From: a virus
Lineage: Duplodnaviria > Caudoviricetes
Reading direction: 5' to 3' (one strand)
Virus record (IMG/VR): IMGVR_UViG_3300001528_000580
Span: 128,001-192,000 of that record
Length of the DNA: 64,000 bases
Shown here: piece by piece, positions 30,092 through 40,318 of the stretch
Position numbering within the stretch: the stretch's first letter is position 1
Layout of the letters: the number at the start of each line of letters is the position of its first letter
Notes under the pieces: model-generated
What the model was told of the DNA's origin: nothing
The model's input: the letters and a program-made list of their open reading frames with translations, nothing else
Databases searched by the model: none
Position numbers and translations under genes: made by a program

Positions 30092-31231
30092 TATATTATT
30101 CAACCAAGTTTTTAAATTTTTATCTAAATTATTTATTATATAAAGAGAGAAGAGTTCTGCAAAAAACTCTTCTTCATTTTTTAAACTATATGAAGTTGGA
30201 ACATTGACAAAATCAATACCATTTACTTTTTTAATTGAATCAAATGTAATATAATAATGCTTATTATCAATAACAGATTTGCAAAGTATTTTGCCATTTT
30301 CATATTTAAGAAAAATAAATTTTTCCCCATCATTATTGATTAATTTATCACCTGTTCTGAATTTTTTGTTTTTAGTAAAATTATATCTTGTTTTAATTCT
30401 TTCTTTTGTATGTTCACTTAAATATCTATCATATAATCTATGCCCTAATTCATGTATAAAATATCGTATTATTTCTTCTTTTGAATTTTTTGCATTTACT
30501 CTTATATAATCTTTTTCACTTGTGTAATCAGCTGCAGCATTAGTAATATTTTTAACAAATTCTACAATTCCATAGCAAAGAAAATTAAATTTATTACCTA
30601 ACTTATTTTCAATTTGATCTAATATATCTTTTATGTCATCTTGATTTATAATATTATCACTTGATATTATTTTCCACTTTTTATAATCAAATTTATAAAG
30701 TCCATTATTATTTTTATTATTAAAATCAATAGCAATTCCAAAATGCGTTTCAAAATCACCAATAGAAAATTCAATTTTCTTACTTAATTCAGAAAATAGT
30801 TGTTCTGCATTATAAGAATGTTGTGATTTAACGTATAAATTTAATCTATTTTTATCAATTCTATTAAAATTAATATTTCCAATAGTTGATAAAAAATCTT
30901 TTTTGTGGTTTTTAAGTATATCAATTAACTGATTTTTAGAAATTTGTAGATATGAATTTAACTGGTTATCTGGAATATCAATTTCAAAATCTTTTTTTAT
31001 AATTCTTTTTAATGATTCTTTAGGTATAGATAACTCATTAAATTTATTTAAAATTTCTTTAAAACTATTTATTTCAAATAATATGTATTCATTTTCGCTT
31101 TTGTTAAGAACTGTATATAATGGATATTTATTATTATTGAGAAATGTTATTTGATCTTTTAATTTTATATAATAATAAAATTTTCTTGATATTAATAGTT
31201 TAGCAATTTTAAATAATTTATTTGAAAACAT
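30086..31231 (-). CDS. Leader-bearing zincin metallopeptidase
   Basis: FIHELGH and distal TSYSLKNEEEFFAELF (anthrax-LF/MPTase-like pattern); N-terminus MFSNKLFKIAKLLIS. Confidence 0.75.
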   Translation of the reverse strand: MFSNKLFKIAKLLISRKFYYYIKLKDQITFLNNNKYPLYTVLNKSENEYILFEINSFKEILNKFNELSIPKESLKRIIKKDFEIDIPDNQLNSYLQISKNQLIDILKNHKKDFLSTIGNINFNRIDKNRLNLYVKSQHSYNAEQLFSELSKKIEFSIGDFETHFGIAIDFNNKNNNGLYKFDYKKWKIISSDNIINQDDIKDILDQIENKLGNKFNFLCYGIVEFVKNITNAAADYTSEKDYIRVNAKNSKEEIIRYFIHELGHRLYDRYLSEHTKERIKTRYNFTKNKKFRTGDKLINNDGEKFIFLKYENGKILCKSVIDNKHYYITFDSIKKVNGIDFVNVPTSYSLKNEEEFFAELFSLYIINNLDKNLKTWLNNIL

Positions 31232-31261
31232 ATCTATTCCTTTTTATAGAAATAAAAAAAT

Positions 31262-31299
31262 AAAAAAAATTGTAATGAAAAAATAATATCATTACAATT
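31262..31299 (-). terminator. Probable terminator
   Basis: AATTGTAATGA/TCATTACAATT stem and U-tract on the minus strand. Confidence 0.6.
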
Positions 31300-31320
31300 C
31301 TTATTAAAAAACAATAACTA

Positions 31321-31727
31321 TTAATTTATTTTGTTTCCTTTTTTAAAATTACATCTGGCGCACATTGTTTGTAAATTAACAAGTTCATTAAGACCACCTT
31401 TTGATTTTGGAAAAATATGATCTTTTGTAAAAAGAATTTCAACTCCTCTATTATTAAAACCATAAAGGTTAAAATGCCAACAATTTCTATTAGCTTGTTC
31501 TTGACAACCAGCTTCAATGCGAAAATATGATGCTTTACAGCCACATGAAGCACATGTAAGGCTTTTCCGAAAGTTTCATACCTTAAAGAATATTGCGAAA
31601 TAAGAGCACCGTCAACGTTTATTCTTGCAATTCCTTTTTTCTTTGCAGTATGCTTAGGAATATAGTTGATTGGTATTATTGAAAACACTTCTTCAATAGA
31701 ATATTTCTTGTCGTTATAACGAATCAT
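31321..31727 (-). pseudogene. HNH endonuclease with a single -1 frameshift near 31570
   Basis: After RYET, the -1 frame reads FRKSLTCASCGCKASYF...FTKDHIFPKSKGGLNELVNLQTMCARCNFKKGNK*, matching the intact paralog at 60782-61204. Confidence 0.85.
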
Positions 31728-31754
31728 ATTTTTCCCTTTTATATTGGACAATAT

Positions 31755-31782
31755 AATATATCATAAAAATTTGTAAAATCAA
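31755..31782 (-). promoter_or_regulatory. Sigma70-like promoter
   Basis: TTGATT-N16-TATATT with TG extension. Confidence 0.75.
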
Positions 31783-31837
31783 CTATATTTATTCATAAAA
31801 TTTAATATTTTTTATTTATAAAAAAGGAGTCAAGATA

Positions 31838-32491
31838 ATGGACAAAAAATTAATGATTGCAATTGCAAAATTAAAGAAACAAATAGATGCTTTTGAGGAA
31901 GAATTTAAATTTAATAATTTTAAGAAAGATTATGATAAGAATTCAAAGTCAAAAAAAGAAGATTTGAAAAAAGATGTTTTAAAACAAATTAAAAATGATC
32001 AATTAGAAGAATCTGATATTATAAAAATAATTAATTTAGCAAAGAGTAACAATGATTTATATTTTGTATATGAAATAGGAAAACTTTTAAAAGATAATGA
32101 TACAAAAGCATTACAAGCTGTAACATTTTATTTAAATAAATATGGTAACGAAGATCTTTTAAAGAAATTGATTAAAAGTGGAAACATCAGAAAAGATTTT
32201 GCTATTGAAGTAATTGGAGGTTATGAAGAAATAACTTATTTACAAGGTGATGAAGCAGATACATATATTGGTTATTTTGAAGAAGGTAAAAAAGGAAAGT
32301 TATTTAGTAGCTTAACTGAATTTGATTATGGTGATGGTGGAGAATGGTTTTTTGAAGATGAAATTAGACCTCGTGGTTATGATTTTTTAAGTAACAGTAA
32401 TTATGCAGTTGTATGTAATACAAAATTAGGTGATATTGGTTTTTATAAAGTAATTAAGGGAATCGGATTAAAAGGTAATCCAACTAAATAA
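31838..32491 (+). CDS. Hypothetical leader-bearing protein
   Basis: N-terminus MDKKLMIAIAKLKKQIDA; AAGGAG RBS; bidirectional terminator. Confidence 0.7.
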   Translation: MDKKLMIAIAKLKKQIDAFEEEFKFNNFKKDYDKNSKSKKEDLKKDVLKQIKNDQLEESDIIKIINLAKSNNDLYFVYEIGKLLKDNDTKALQAVTFYLNKYGNEDLLKKLIKSGNIRKDFAIEVIGGYEEITYLQGDEADTYIGYFEEGKKGKLFSSLTEFDYGDGGEWFFEDEIRPRGYDFLSNSNYAVVCNTKLGDIGFYKVIKGIGLKGNPTK

Positions 32492-32498
32492 TAAATAT

Positions 32499-32533
32499 AA
32501 AAAATGGGGAACTTAAAAAGTTCCCCATTTTTT
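32499..32533. terminator. Bidirectional terminator
   Basis: AAAAAATGGGGAACTT/AAGTTCCCCATTTTTT. Confidence 0.9.
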
Positions 32534-32534
32534 A

Positions 32535-33545
32535 TTATTCAATTTCTTCTTTTTTAGGTTTTAGTTTAAATCCTTCTTTACCATCTTTTTTAACGTTAGC
32601 TTTAAAGTCAATATTAAAAGTTTTTGCCCAAATTTTAATTTTCTTTTTTAGTTCATCAAGTTCAATTGGTTCAAACATTCCTGCATAACTTTCTAATAAA
32701 TCTATATTACTAAAAAATCCATCTCCTTTTAATATTCTTGATTTTAATTTTAACCAATTCTCTAAAAAGTATAAAAAGTCTTCGCCAACTTCTTTTTCTA
32801 ATTCTTCATATTTATTTTCTTTAGATGCTTTTATGAAATCAGCAAATAAATCTCTTTTTTTTCTTCCATCGCTAATTAAATCACATTCATAATAATATCC
32901 TTGAACATCTCTTATAAAAAATTGTTCTCCTAATCTTAAAGCCTCTATTTTTTCAAATTTAATTCTATTTTTATATTCAACAAAATCAAGACTAACACCT
33001 CTGTCAATTAGTTCTTTGCCTAAATACCACTTTTCTGTATATCTTCCTTTTTCAAGTTCTTCATCTGTAAGAATACCCTTTTCTCTTACAACATGTTCAA
33101 ATAAACTTTGATATTTTTCAATAAATATACCAAATTCTTGCATCTCATTTGCTTTTGCAAAATTTCCGCTACTAATACCATGATACATACAAAATGTTAA
33201 TTGACCTAAATATCTTTCGTCACCTAAACACCAAAGCATAAATCCACAACTATCAATTTCTCCTGTACCTATTGTAACAACATATTCAAATTCTTGTATT
33301 TGTTGCATAAGCAATATTAATGTACTACATGAACCACCTTGACTATTAATCCAAATATGCAATTCTTTATTTTTATCAGCTTCTTTTAGATCAATTAGTA
33401 GATCACTATATATTGAAGCAACTTGATCTGCTGTTTCAAAATCACTACTGAAAATTAGATCATATCTATCATTCATGTCATAAAATTTAATACTTTTATC
33501 GGCATACTTATCTAATAATTTGACTTCATTAATTTCTTCTCTCAT
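32535..33545 (-). CDS. ClpP-like serine protease with C-terminal extension
   Basis: WINSQGG, GEIDSCG (catalytic Ser), MYHG (His). Confidence 0.8.
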   Translation of the reverse strand: MREEINEVKLLDKYADKSIKFYDMNDRYDLIFSSDFETADQVASIYSDLLIDLKEADKNKELHIWINSQGGSCSTLILLMQQIQEFEYVVTIGTGEIDSCGFMLWCLGDERYLGQLTFCMYHGISSGNFAKANEMQEFGIFIEKYQSLFEHVVREKGILTDEELEKGRYTEKWYLGKELIDRGVSLDFVEYKNRIKFEKIEALRLGEQFFIRDVQGYYYECDLISDGRKKRDLFADFIKASKENKYEELEKEVGEDFLYFLENWLKLKSRILKGDGFFSNIDLLESYAGMFEPIELDELKKKIKIWAKTFNIDFKANVKKDGKEGFKLKPKKEEIE

Positions 33546-33624
33546 ATAGTAGATCTCCTTATCTATAGGAATTGATTTTCCTTTGACAATAGACTATTAT
33601 AAAATTTTGTTTAATGAAATCTTA

Positions 33625-33969
33625 TTAAAAATGATTTTTATTATATGCCATGCTTAAATAACTTTTTTTCATTTTATTAAAATATTCATCTTTATTAATT
33701 GAATCAAAATATTCAACTTTATTTAATAAATGAAAATTATCATTATCTTCAACTTCAATTGGAACATTTCTATTTTTATGTCTAATAAAACATTCCATTT
33801 TATAAACATTAACATATATTCTTTTAGGAACACCACCAATTTTAACCATAAATGGTGTATAAAAAATATGTTGTTTTCTTGTAACTCCAAAACGATCAAC
33901 AAAAAATGCATTTTGATTTAAAATATATGGAGTAATTTTTTTTATTATATTATATTTATTAATTTTCAA
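33625..33969 (-). CDS. Hypothetical protein
   Basis: ORF directly after rtcB. Confidence 0.55.
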   Translation of the reverse strand: MKINKYNIIKKITPYILNQNAFFVDRFGVTRKQHIFYTPFMVKIGGVPKRIYVNVYKMECFIRHKNRNVPIEVEDNDNFHLLNKVEYFDSINKDEYFNKMKKSYLSMAYNKNHF

Positions 33970-33970
33970 T

Positions 33971-35158
33971 TTATTTTCCCTTAATATTATATACTTCCTT
34001 CATAATATCAACAACATCAACAGTTGGTTCAATAAATTTAATAATCTCATCTTTGTTTTTATAAGCATCAGGAGCTTCATCAAGAGCATAATCAATAGAA
34101 GTTGTAAAAACACCATGTGCTTGCATGTCCTTTTTAACTTCTTCCAAATTAAGTTCTTTCTTGGCTTTTGAACGGCTCATTATTCTTCCTGCACCATGTG
34201 GAGCAGACCAATTGTATTCTTCATTTCCTTTGCCTGTACAAAGAGAAATTCCATCTCTCATATTGAATGGAATAAGAACCTTTTCTCCTTCTTTTGCAGA
34301 AATAGCGCCCTTACGAACAATCATATTGTCCAAATCAATATAATTATGTAAGGTAGTAATATATTCACTATATTCAAATTTTTTATTGTCAGAAAAGTTT
34401 TCACAAAGAAATCTTCCGATTTTATCAAAAAGCAAACGGTGATTTACTTCTGAAAATATTTGACAAGCATTTACACATGTCAGATATCTATCAAAATACT
34501 TAGAATTTTTATCTAAATATTTCAAATCTCTTTCACATCTATCATCACAATATTCTTCCGCTTTATTTTGATAAATATTTGCAACAACCAATCCAAAATT
34601 TCTTGAACCACAATGTAAACTAAGCCAATATTTTCCATCTTTATCTTGATTAATAGCTATGAAATGATTTCCAGATCCAATTGAAAATAATTGATTGATA
34701 ATATCAACTTTCATTTCATATTCTGCTTTTCTATCTTCTGAGATTAATTTTTTTGCATCTTCAAAAGCATTTAATTCACTTTTAAGAATTAAAGATTTTA
34801 AATCTTTTGAAATTCCATCTTTAACATATCCACCTGCTCCAAGTGGAACAGTTTGTCTGATCCATTTGTCAACTTGTGCAAAATCAATATTGTCAATTGT
34901 GTCTAATTTCATTGAACTAATTCTACAACCAATATCAACACCAACAACATTAGGACAAACTCTTGGATTATTTTTATCCAATCTTTGTGTAAATCCAATG
35001 ACTGAACCTTTTCCCTCATGATAATCAGCCATAATCCTAACTGTTGAATTTTCAGTTATTCCAGATGACATAATATGATATAGATGAGCAATAGCAAGTT
35101 CATCTCTCATATCAGTCATTATTTTTGCTACACCATTTTTCCCAATTACTTCAATCAT
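33971..35158 (-). CDS. rtcB: RtcB-family RNA ligase
   Basis: MADYH.GKG, VGVDIGC, SIGSGNHF, LHCGSR, HNY, RKGA, IPFNM, SAPHGAGR, DEAP.AYK. Confidence 0.95.
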   Translation of the reverse strand: MIEVIGKNGVAKIMTDMRDELAIAHLYHIMSSGITENSTVRIMADYHEGKGSVIGFTQRLDKNNPRVCPNVVGVDIGCRISSMKLDTIDNIDFAQVDKWIRQTVPLGAGGYVKDGISKDLKSLILKSELNAFEDAKKLISEDRKAEYEMKVDIINQLFSIGSGNHFIAINQDKDGKYWLSLHCGSRNFGLVVANIYQNKAEEYCDDRCERDLKYLDKNSKYFDRYLTCVNACQIFSEVNHRLLFDKIGRFLCENFSDNKKFEYSEYITTLHNYIDLDNMIVRKGAISAKEGEKVLIPFNMRDGISLCTGKGNEEYNWSAPHGAGRIMSRSKAKKELNLEEVKKDMQAHGVFTTSIDYALDEAPDAYKNKDEIIKFIEPTVDVVDIMKEVYNIKGK

Positions 35159-35652
35159 TCTTCTTCTCCTTCAAATTCAATTCTATAATCTGTTGTCCAA
35201 TTATTTAACATTCCTTGTGAATCTCTATAAATAAATTGTCCAAATCCATTAATAAAACAATCTCTTTGTTTTAAATAACATTTGTTCTCAATATCATAAA
35301 CTCTAAACTTAATCTTTTTATTATTTAATTTTTCTAATTCTTTATTTATTGATTTAATTGATTCATCAATATTTATTCTTTGATCCATTAATTCTTTTTT
35401 CTGTTTATATAATAGTTTTCTACATTCTTTATCTTTAATTATTTCAAATTCTGTCTCATTTATAAAATAACCAATAATTTTGTTTTGATTTATCCATGAA
35501 ATAGAACAAGTACTTTCAATATAATAATTATAATCATAAACTTCCCATTTATGACCATCAACTTCTTCTTCAATTTTAGTAATTACACCATGATATAACT
35601 TATCTCTATGTTTGAATATAACATGATCATTTGGTTTATATTTAGGTTGCAT
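35155..35652 (-). CDS. Hypothetical protein (SH3-like N-terminus, YopX-like C-terminal motif)
   Basis: PKYK..DHV; IKFRVYD. Confidence 0.6.
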   Translation of the reverse strand: MQPKYKPNDHVIFKHRDKLYHGVITKIEEEVDGHKWEVYDYNYYIESTCSISWINQNKIIGYFINETEFEIIKDKECRKLLYKQKKELMDQRINIDESIKSINKELEKLNNKKIKFRVYDIENKCYLKQRDCFINGFGQFIYRDSQGMLNNWTTDYRIEFEGEEE

Positions 35653-35664
35653 AATATCATTCCT

Positions 35665-36210
35665 TTAATTTATGGATTCTATAATTTTATTGATCATATT
35701 ATAAAATCGTTTGTTTTTTATATTATAAGCATAATAATATGGAAATTTAACATGTATCTTATTATATTCTATATATAATGTTTGAAATGGTTTAGTATAA
35801 GATTGATAATATAAAAATGGATAGCTTTCTTTATCAATATAACAATCAAAACCATTTGATTTTAAAATATCTATAAGATGTTTAATTGATTTGATTTCTA
35901 TCTTATCAATAATCATTGCAATGTATTTTAAAATATCTATATATTTAGAATACATATCACAATAATTTTCGGAAATTTTATATAATCTAAATGGAGAGCT
36001 ACTCATAACAAAGTCATCAAATTTAAACAAATTACTATTTATGCAGAGAAAATCTCCTAATTTATTATTTGATAATTCATATCTATTTGTATCATTTTTA
36101 TTACGAAAAAAGTATTTTCCTTTATATTCAAGATATTCAGGATTTATTTTAAAAAATAGATCGTTAAATTGTTCTATATTAATAATATTTGTTATTTCCA
36201 TTATAGACAA
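35665..36210 (-). CDS. Hypothetical protein
   Basis: ORF in operon. Confidence 0.55.
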   Translation of the reverse strand: MSIMEITNIINIEQFNDLFFKINPEYLEYKGKYFFRNKNDTNRYELSNNKLGDFLCINSNLFKFDDFVMSSSPFRLYKISENYCDMYSKYIDILKYIAMIIDKIEIKSIKHLIDILKSNGFDCYIDKESYPFLYYQSYTKPFQTLYIEYNKIHVKFPYYYAYNIKNKRFYNMINKIIESIN

Positions 36211-36536
36211 ATCTCTCTTTCTATTTCTTTTTTGTATTTTTCATACTCTTTATCATGTGTTATAATATCATTATCTTCTAAAAACTTATTATTGATAGAA
36301 TCAAAATAAATATCTACACTATAATTACAAGACTCACATTGGTATTCTACACAAGAGTCTAAATAATCTGGTTCAATTCTTTTAAATCTTTTTCCACATT
36401 TAGAACAAAAACCATTATTAAATTTTATTGTTTGTTTTCTCTTTTCAATTGAATTTATTTGAAACAAGGTTAATAACTCACTTATAATGTAAGAAACAAT
36501 AATTAAAGAAATGGCAAATCCAATCATGTTAATCAT
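36201..36536 (-). CDS. Membrane-anchored zinc-ribbon protein
   Basis: TM helix, CSKC and CESC. Confidence 0.6.
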   Translation of the reverse strand: MINMIGFAISLIIVSYIISELLTLFQINSIEKRKQTIKFNNGFCSKCGKRFKRIEPDYLDSCVEYQCESCNYSVDIYFDSINNKFLEDNDIITHDKEYEKYKKEIEREICL

Positions 36537-36702
36537 CCTTGTATAATTTTTTTAATTTTATTTTTGCATTCTTCTTCAAATACCCATCAAAATATATAGC
36601 ACCACATCTATTGTAAAATCCAGAATTATATTTGCTCTTTTCATAATATATAAAAAACACTATGAAAAGAGCTATTGAAATAATTAAAAACATAAATTCC
36701 TT

Positions 36703-37770
36703 TTATTTTTCTGCTAAAAGGTATTTGTTGTTAATACATTTAAAACTATTTCTACCATCAATACTTTTAAATACACAACCTTCTTTTCTATTACCTCTTT
36801 CAGTTTTACCATCAACAAATTTTAACATCTTTTCTAATGTATCAAGTTCATTAAAAACATCCATACTTGGATTAATAACTCTTACATGTTTCAAACCATA
36901 TTTTTTACAAATTTCATAGCGTTCATTTGGTGTAAAATACCTACGGTTATTAATGTCGAAAATATTGAATACAAAGAAATCATGTTCAGTGTAACGATCT
37001 CTATTTCCATTTATTCCAGGACCAACAAGTTCACCTTGAAAAGCGATTTCTTCACCATAGAATTTCATTTTTTCTGGTAATTCGTATTTATGAGCAACCG
37101 ACCAATAAATATTTTTATCTTTATCATAGTATTCTGTTTGTCTATTACAAACACCAACTGGATCATCTGGTCTATTTACAATAGAATGAAAACATGTCAT
37201 TGAAGCCCCATCATATTTATCAGTAACTTCCCACAATGTTCCTTTAAGTTCAGTGAAGAAATGAGCAAAATTTTGAATACGTTCTTCATCTGTTTTATTT
37301 ACAAATGAAGGAAATGATGCTTTAAATTCACCGTCAAGAGTTATTTTTCCAGTAATTTTATCCCATTCGAGAGCAACATCATCAAAATGTTTAACTCTCA
37401 AAATATTAGTTACATCATCGTCAATATTAAAATCTTTAAGTTCTGGGAACAATGCAATTGGAAGAATCAACCCTTGTGAAATAACTCCACGAAGGTTAAT
37501 TGTTCTAATTCTAATTGTTTCAAAAACATTTTTTTCTCCAATTGTCCAAGCACGTTTGCAACGCTCTTTAAGAAATTCATAGCGTTTGTCTTCAATAGGA
37601 AGCGCAGAATCAATTTCAAAGTAAACGGCAATATCATCCTTTTTAAAATTATCATTGATATGACAAACTACTTCCCAACCTTTACCACACATAGTGACTT
37701 TGACAAGAAAATCTGAATCTTTAATTTTTTCAACATTATTAATTTTCACAATACTGGCTAATTTTCTCAT
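36703..37770 (-). CDS. RNA ligase, DRB0094 (Rnl5) family
   Basis: MRKLASI N-terminus, LRGVISQGL, KTDEERIQN, KYDGAS (motif I), QGELVGPGI, EGCVFK, SFKCIN.KYLL. Confidence 0.92.
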   Translation of the reverse strand: MRKLASIVKINNVEKIKDSDFLVKVTMCGKGWEVVCHINDNFKKDDIAVYFEIDSALPIEDKRYEFLKERCKRAWTIGEKNVFETIRIRTINLRGVISQGLILPIALFPELKDFNIDDDVTNILRVKHFDDVALEWDKITGKITLDGEFKASFPSFVNKTDEERIQNFAHFFTELKGTLWEVTDKYDGASMTCFHSIVNRPDDPVGVCNRQTEYYDKDKNIYWSVAHKYELPEKMKFYGEEIAFQGELVGPGINGNRDRYTEHDFFVFNIFDINNRRYFTPNERYEICKKYGLKHVRVINPSMDVFNELDTLEKMLKFVDGKTERGNRKEGCVFKSIDGRNSFKCINNKYLLAEK

Positions 37771-37771
37771 T

Positions 37772-39046
37772 TTACCACTTCCTTATTTTGACATATCCAT
37801 TTTTGACACTTGTACTTTTTTGATTGTCATTATTTGATTTAATAGTTTTTTTCTTTTTAACTTTTGGTTTTACATAATAACATCCATTAGTTTGATAATA
37901 TTTTGGTTTAATATTATTTAAAACTGAACATGCAATTATTTGAACCAAAGAGAAAATAATAAATATAACAAATGCTATAACATAGTATCTTGGTTCTGTT
38001 GATTGTCTAATATAATCAAAGTCCTTAAATGATTTACGTTCCCAATTATTCATAATATTATCCATATAAATGTTTTTTATTTTTGTCGAATCAAACTGTT
38101 TACTCAATATAACTCCATCTTCAATAAGCCCATGAAGTTTTGTGTTGTCCAACCAACTTTGAACTTTACACCATTTTATGTTTTTATATTTATCTACACC
38201 AATAAAAACAACTAATTCATTTTTATTTAATCCTTTCCAAGAATTAATTATATCTCCAATAACATTGATATCTCTATCTTCAATTAATACAGTTATAATA
38301 TGAATTTCTTTTCTATAACCATAATAGGCATTCACCTTATTTAAAAGTGCAATGTCATTATTTGACACACTTGTACCAAATGTTATTATTGAATCAGCAT
38401 TATTTAATTCTACTGGATGTTTGCCAAAATCCTCATATGTTGATGAATATTTGAATACAGAGTTAGATTTTCTAACTTTATTTTTATATCTACTTATAAT
38501 TGGAAAATGATAAATATCTTCAAATTTATTATTCCAACTAGCTTCAAAACATCTTCCATCAATTTTTTGGTCACACCATTTTGCCGTTCCAAACTTAGTA
38601 GATATATGTTTTTCATTATCCCAAATACCAGACCAATAGTTATATTCATTTTCAGATATTATTCTTTGCTCTCCTGTTTCAAGTATGGCATAATAAAATG
38701 GCCCATGATAATCTGTTCTTGTTCTTGTTTCTGTTCTATATTTAGCATTTCCCTTTCTATCTGAACCTGCATATACTTGAACTGTATAAGTTACTTTTTC
38801 ACTCCATTTTTCTTGATGCTGAACATTTGTTACCTTATAATTTAACACTTCTTTGAAATAAAAAGATGACTCAGAAAAAAACCATGTTGTTACTAATGAC
38901 AATATAAAAATACCGAATATAGTAGACAAAGTTTTAATTTTTTCTTCAACATTTATATCATTATTCAAATACTTAAAGAACATGAACAATGTTCCAACAA
39001 GGAATAATGAGAATAATGCAATTAAAAAGTAAACAAATGTTGGCAT
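37772..39046 (-). CDS. Multi-TM membrane protein with possible TPM-like soluble domain
   Basis: Three TM helices; WKGLNKNELVVFIG motif. Confidence 0.6.
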   Translation of the reverse strand: MPTFVYFLIALFSLFLVGTLFMFFKYLNNDINVEEKIKTLSTIFGIFILSLVTTWFFSESSFYFKEVLNYKVTNVQHQEKWSEKVTYTVQVYAGSDRKGNAKYRTETRTRTDYHGPFYYAILETGEQRIISENEYNYWSGIWDNEKHISTKFGTAKWCDQKIDGRCFEASWNNKFEDIYHFPIISRYKNKVRKSNSVFKYSSTYEDFGKHPVELNNADSIITFGTSVSNNDIALLNKVNAYYGYRKEIHIITVLIEDRDINVIGDIINSWKGLNKNELVVFIGVDKYKNIKWCKVQSWLDNTKLHGLIEDGVILSKQFDSTKIKNIYMDNIMNNWERKSFKDFDYIRQSTEPRYYVIAFVIFIIFSLVQIIACSVLNNIKPKYYQTNGCYYVKPKVKKKKTIKSNNDNQKSTSVKNGYVKIRKW

Positions 39047-39056
39047 AACATACCTT

Positions 39057-39614
39057 TTATTTCAAAAGATTATCATCAAGAGTACCTGTTTTAACAGCCT
39101 CTTGAACAGCACTAGAAGTAATCATAATTGGTTCTGGACATTCATTCACTTTATCTCCAACGATCCAACGATATGGAACTTTAGAGCAAAATGTATTATG
39201 TTCTCTCCAAATATCAACCAATGTATCTTGACTACGTTTATATTCTGATAATTTACCTTCAATTGTATTAGACATTTTCATATACATATCCGATGTAATA
39301 CCAAGTTTCTCTGATTCATTTACTACCTTTGCAGACAATAATGAACCATTTCCACCTGATCTTCCTTTACTCTGTTCCTGAACTACAAGAACAAAATTTT
39401 TTGCAAAATCATCAGTGACTTTATATTCATTTTTCAAGGTTTTAATCATGTTATCCATAGTGGTTTCTCTAATTTTATATTGAGATTGATATCTTTTTCT
39501 AAGAGAAACTTCTTGATTAATAACTCCAAATGTCCAGAATGTTGAAATTATTCCTAAAATAACAACAATTCCAACAATTGTTGCACAACTAATCAAGCAT
39601 ACTTTTTTATTCAT
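39057..39614 (-). CDS. LemA-like membrane-anchored helical protein
   Basis: N-terminal TM, helical bundle, YKRSQ..L.D..REHN..C..P pattern. Confidence 0.55.
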   Translation of the reverse strand: MNKKVCLISCATIVGIVVILGIISTFWTFGVINQEVSLRKRYQSQYKIRETTMDNMIKTLKNEYKVTDDFAKNFVLVVQEQSKGRSGGNGSLLSAKVVNESEKLGITSDMYMKMSNTIEGKLSEYKRSQDTLVDIWREHNTFCSKVPYRWIVGDKVNECPEPIMITSSAVQEAVKTGTLDDNLLK

Positions 39615-39652
39615 CTTAAACTCCTTTGTTTAATTATTGATCAAGTTATTAT

Positions 39653-39874
39653 TTATTTTCTAAACGTTAGATATATGAGCATCCCTATAGTTATAGGGAA
39701 AAACAATGATAATATAACAATAAAAATGTAATCACTGATTTTTTTAGGTTTATAACAATATGACCAGATTAAAAAGCATATTACAGCAATTGAAAAATAC
39801 CACAGCATTAAAATTATTCCTTTATAATTTTCTGTTTCATATAAGTAATATAACACAAAAAAAAGAAAAAACAA
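39653..39874 (-). CDS. Small membrane protein
   Basis: Hydrophobic ORF; start uncertain. Confidence 0.5.
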   Translation of the reverse strand: MFFLFFVLYYLYETENYKGIILMLWYFSIAVICFLIWSYCYKPKKISDYIFIVILSLFFPITIGMLIYLTFRK

Positions 39875-39878
39875 GTCC

Positions 39879-40238
39879 TTATTTCAAATTTTTTATACTT
39901 TCTTGTAGGTGAAAATATGAATCTTCAAAAATAGCTATCATTTTTTTATACTCTTCTTCTGTATGATTTACACTATTAAATTCTTTTGCTTGAATAGAAT
40001 AAGATAATATGACATCTCCGACCTTATTACATAGTCGTTGATTATATATACAAGTTGCACATGGCATACTTAATATATTTTTGAAATTTTCTTTTCCCTT
40101 TTCTATTTCGATATTTGCACGATCAACCGCTTTTTCATATCCAACATAATACATTACACCGCCAAATAAGAAAAAAAGTGTTACAGTGATCAATGTTACT
40201 ATACCAAGTAACACGTAAGAAAAATACATCTTAAACAT
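39879..40238 (-). CDS. Membrane-anchored hypothetical protein
   Basis: N-terminal TM helix. Confidence 0.6.
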   Translation of the reverse strand: MFKMYFSYVLLGIVTLITVTLFFLFGGVMYYVGYEKAVDRANIEIEKGKENFKNILSMPCATCIYNQRLCNKVGDVILSYSIQAKEFNSVNHTEEEYKKMIAIFEDSYFHLQESIKNLK

Positions 40239-40318
40239 TTTTAAATTCCTGTGGTTGTTTGCCTTGATAAAGGACTTCTATAGATGAATAAATATAAAAA
40301 TAAATTATATGATATGTT

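Noticed and set aside
31326-31751. 141-aa ORF as given in the track
   Set aside because: Its C-terminal half is the wrong frame of a frameshifted HNH gene
36635-36672. 12-bp inverted repeat GCTCTTTTCATA/TATGAAAAGAGC
   Set aside because: Lies inside a probable small membrane ORF (36529-36693, minus) and lacks a clear U-tract; no function supportable
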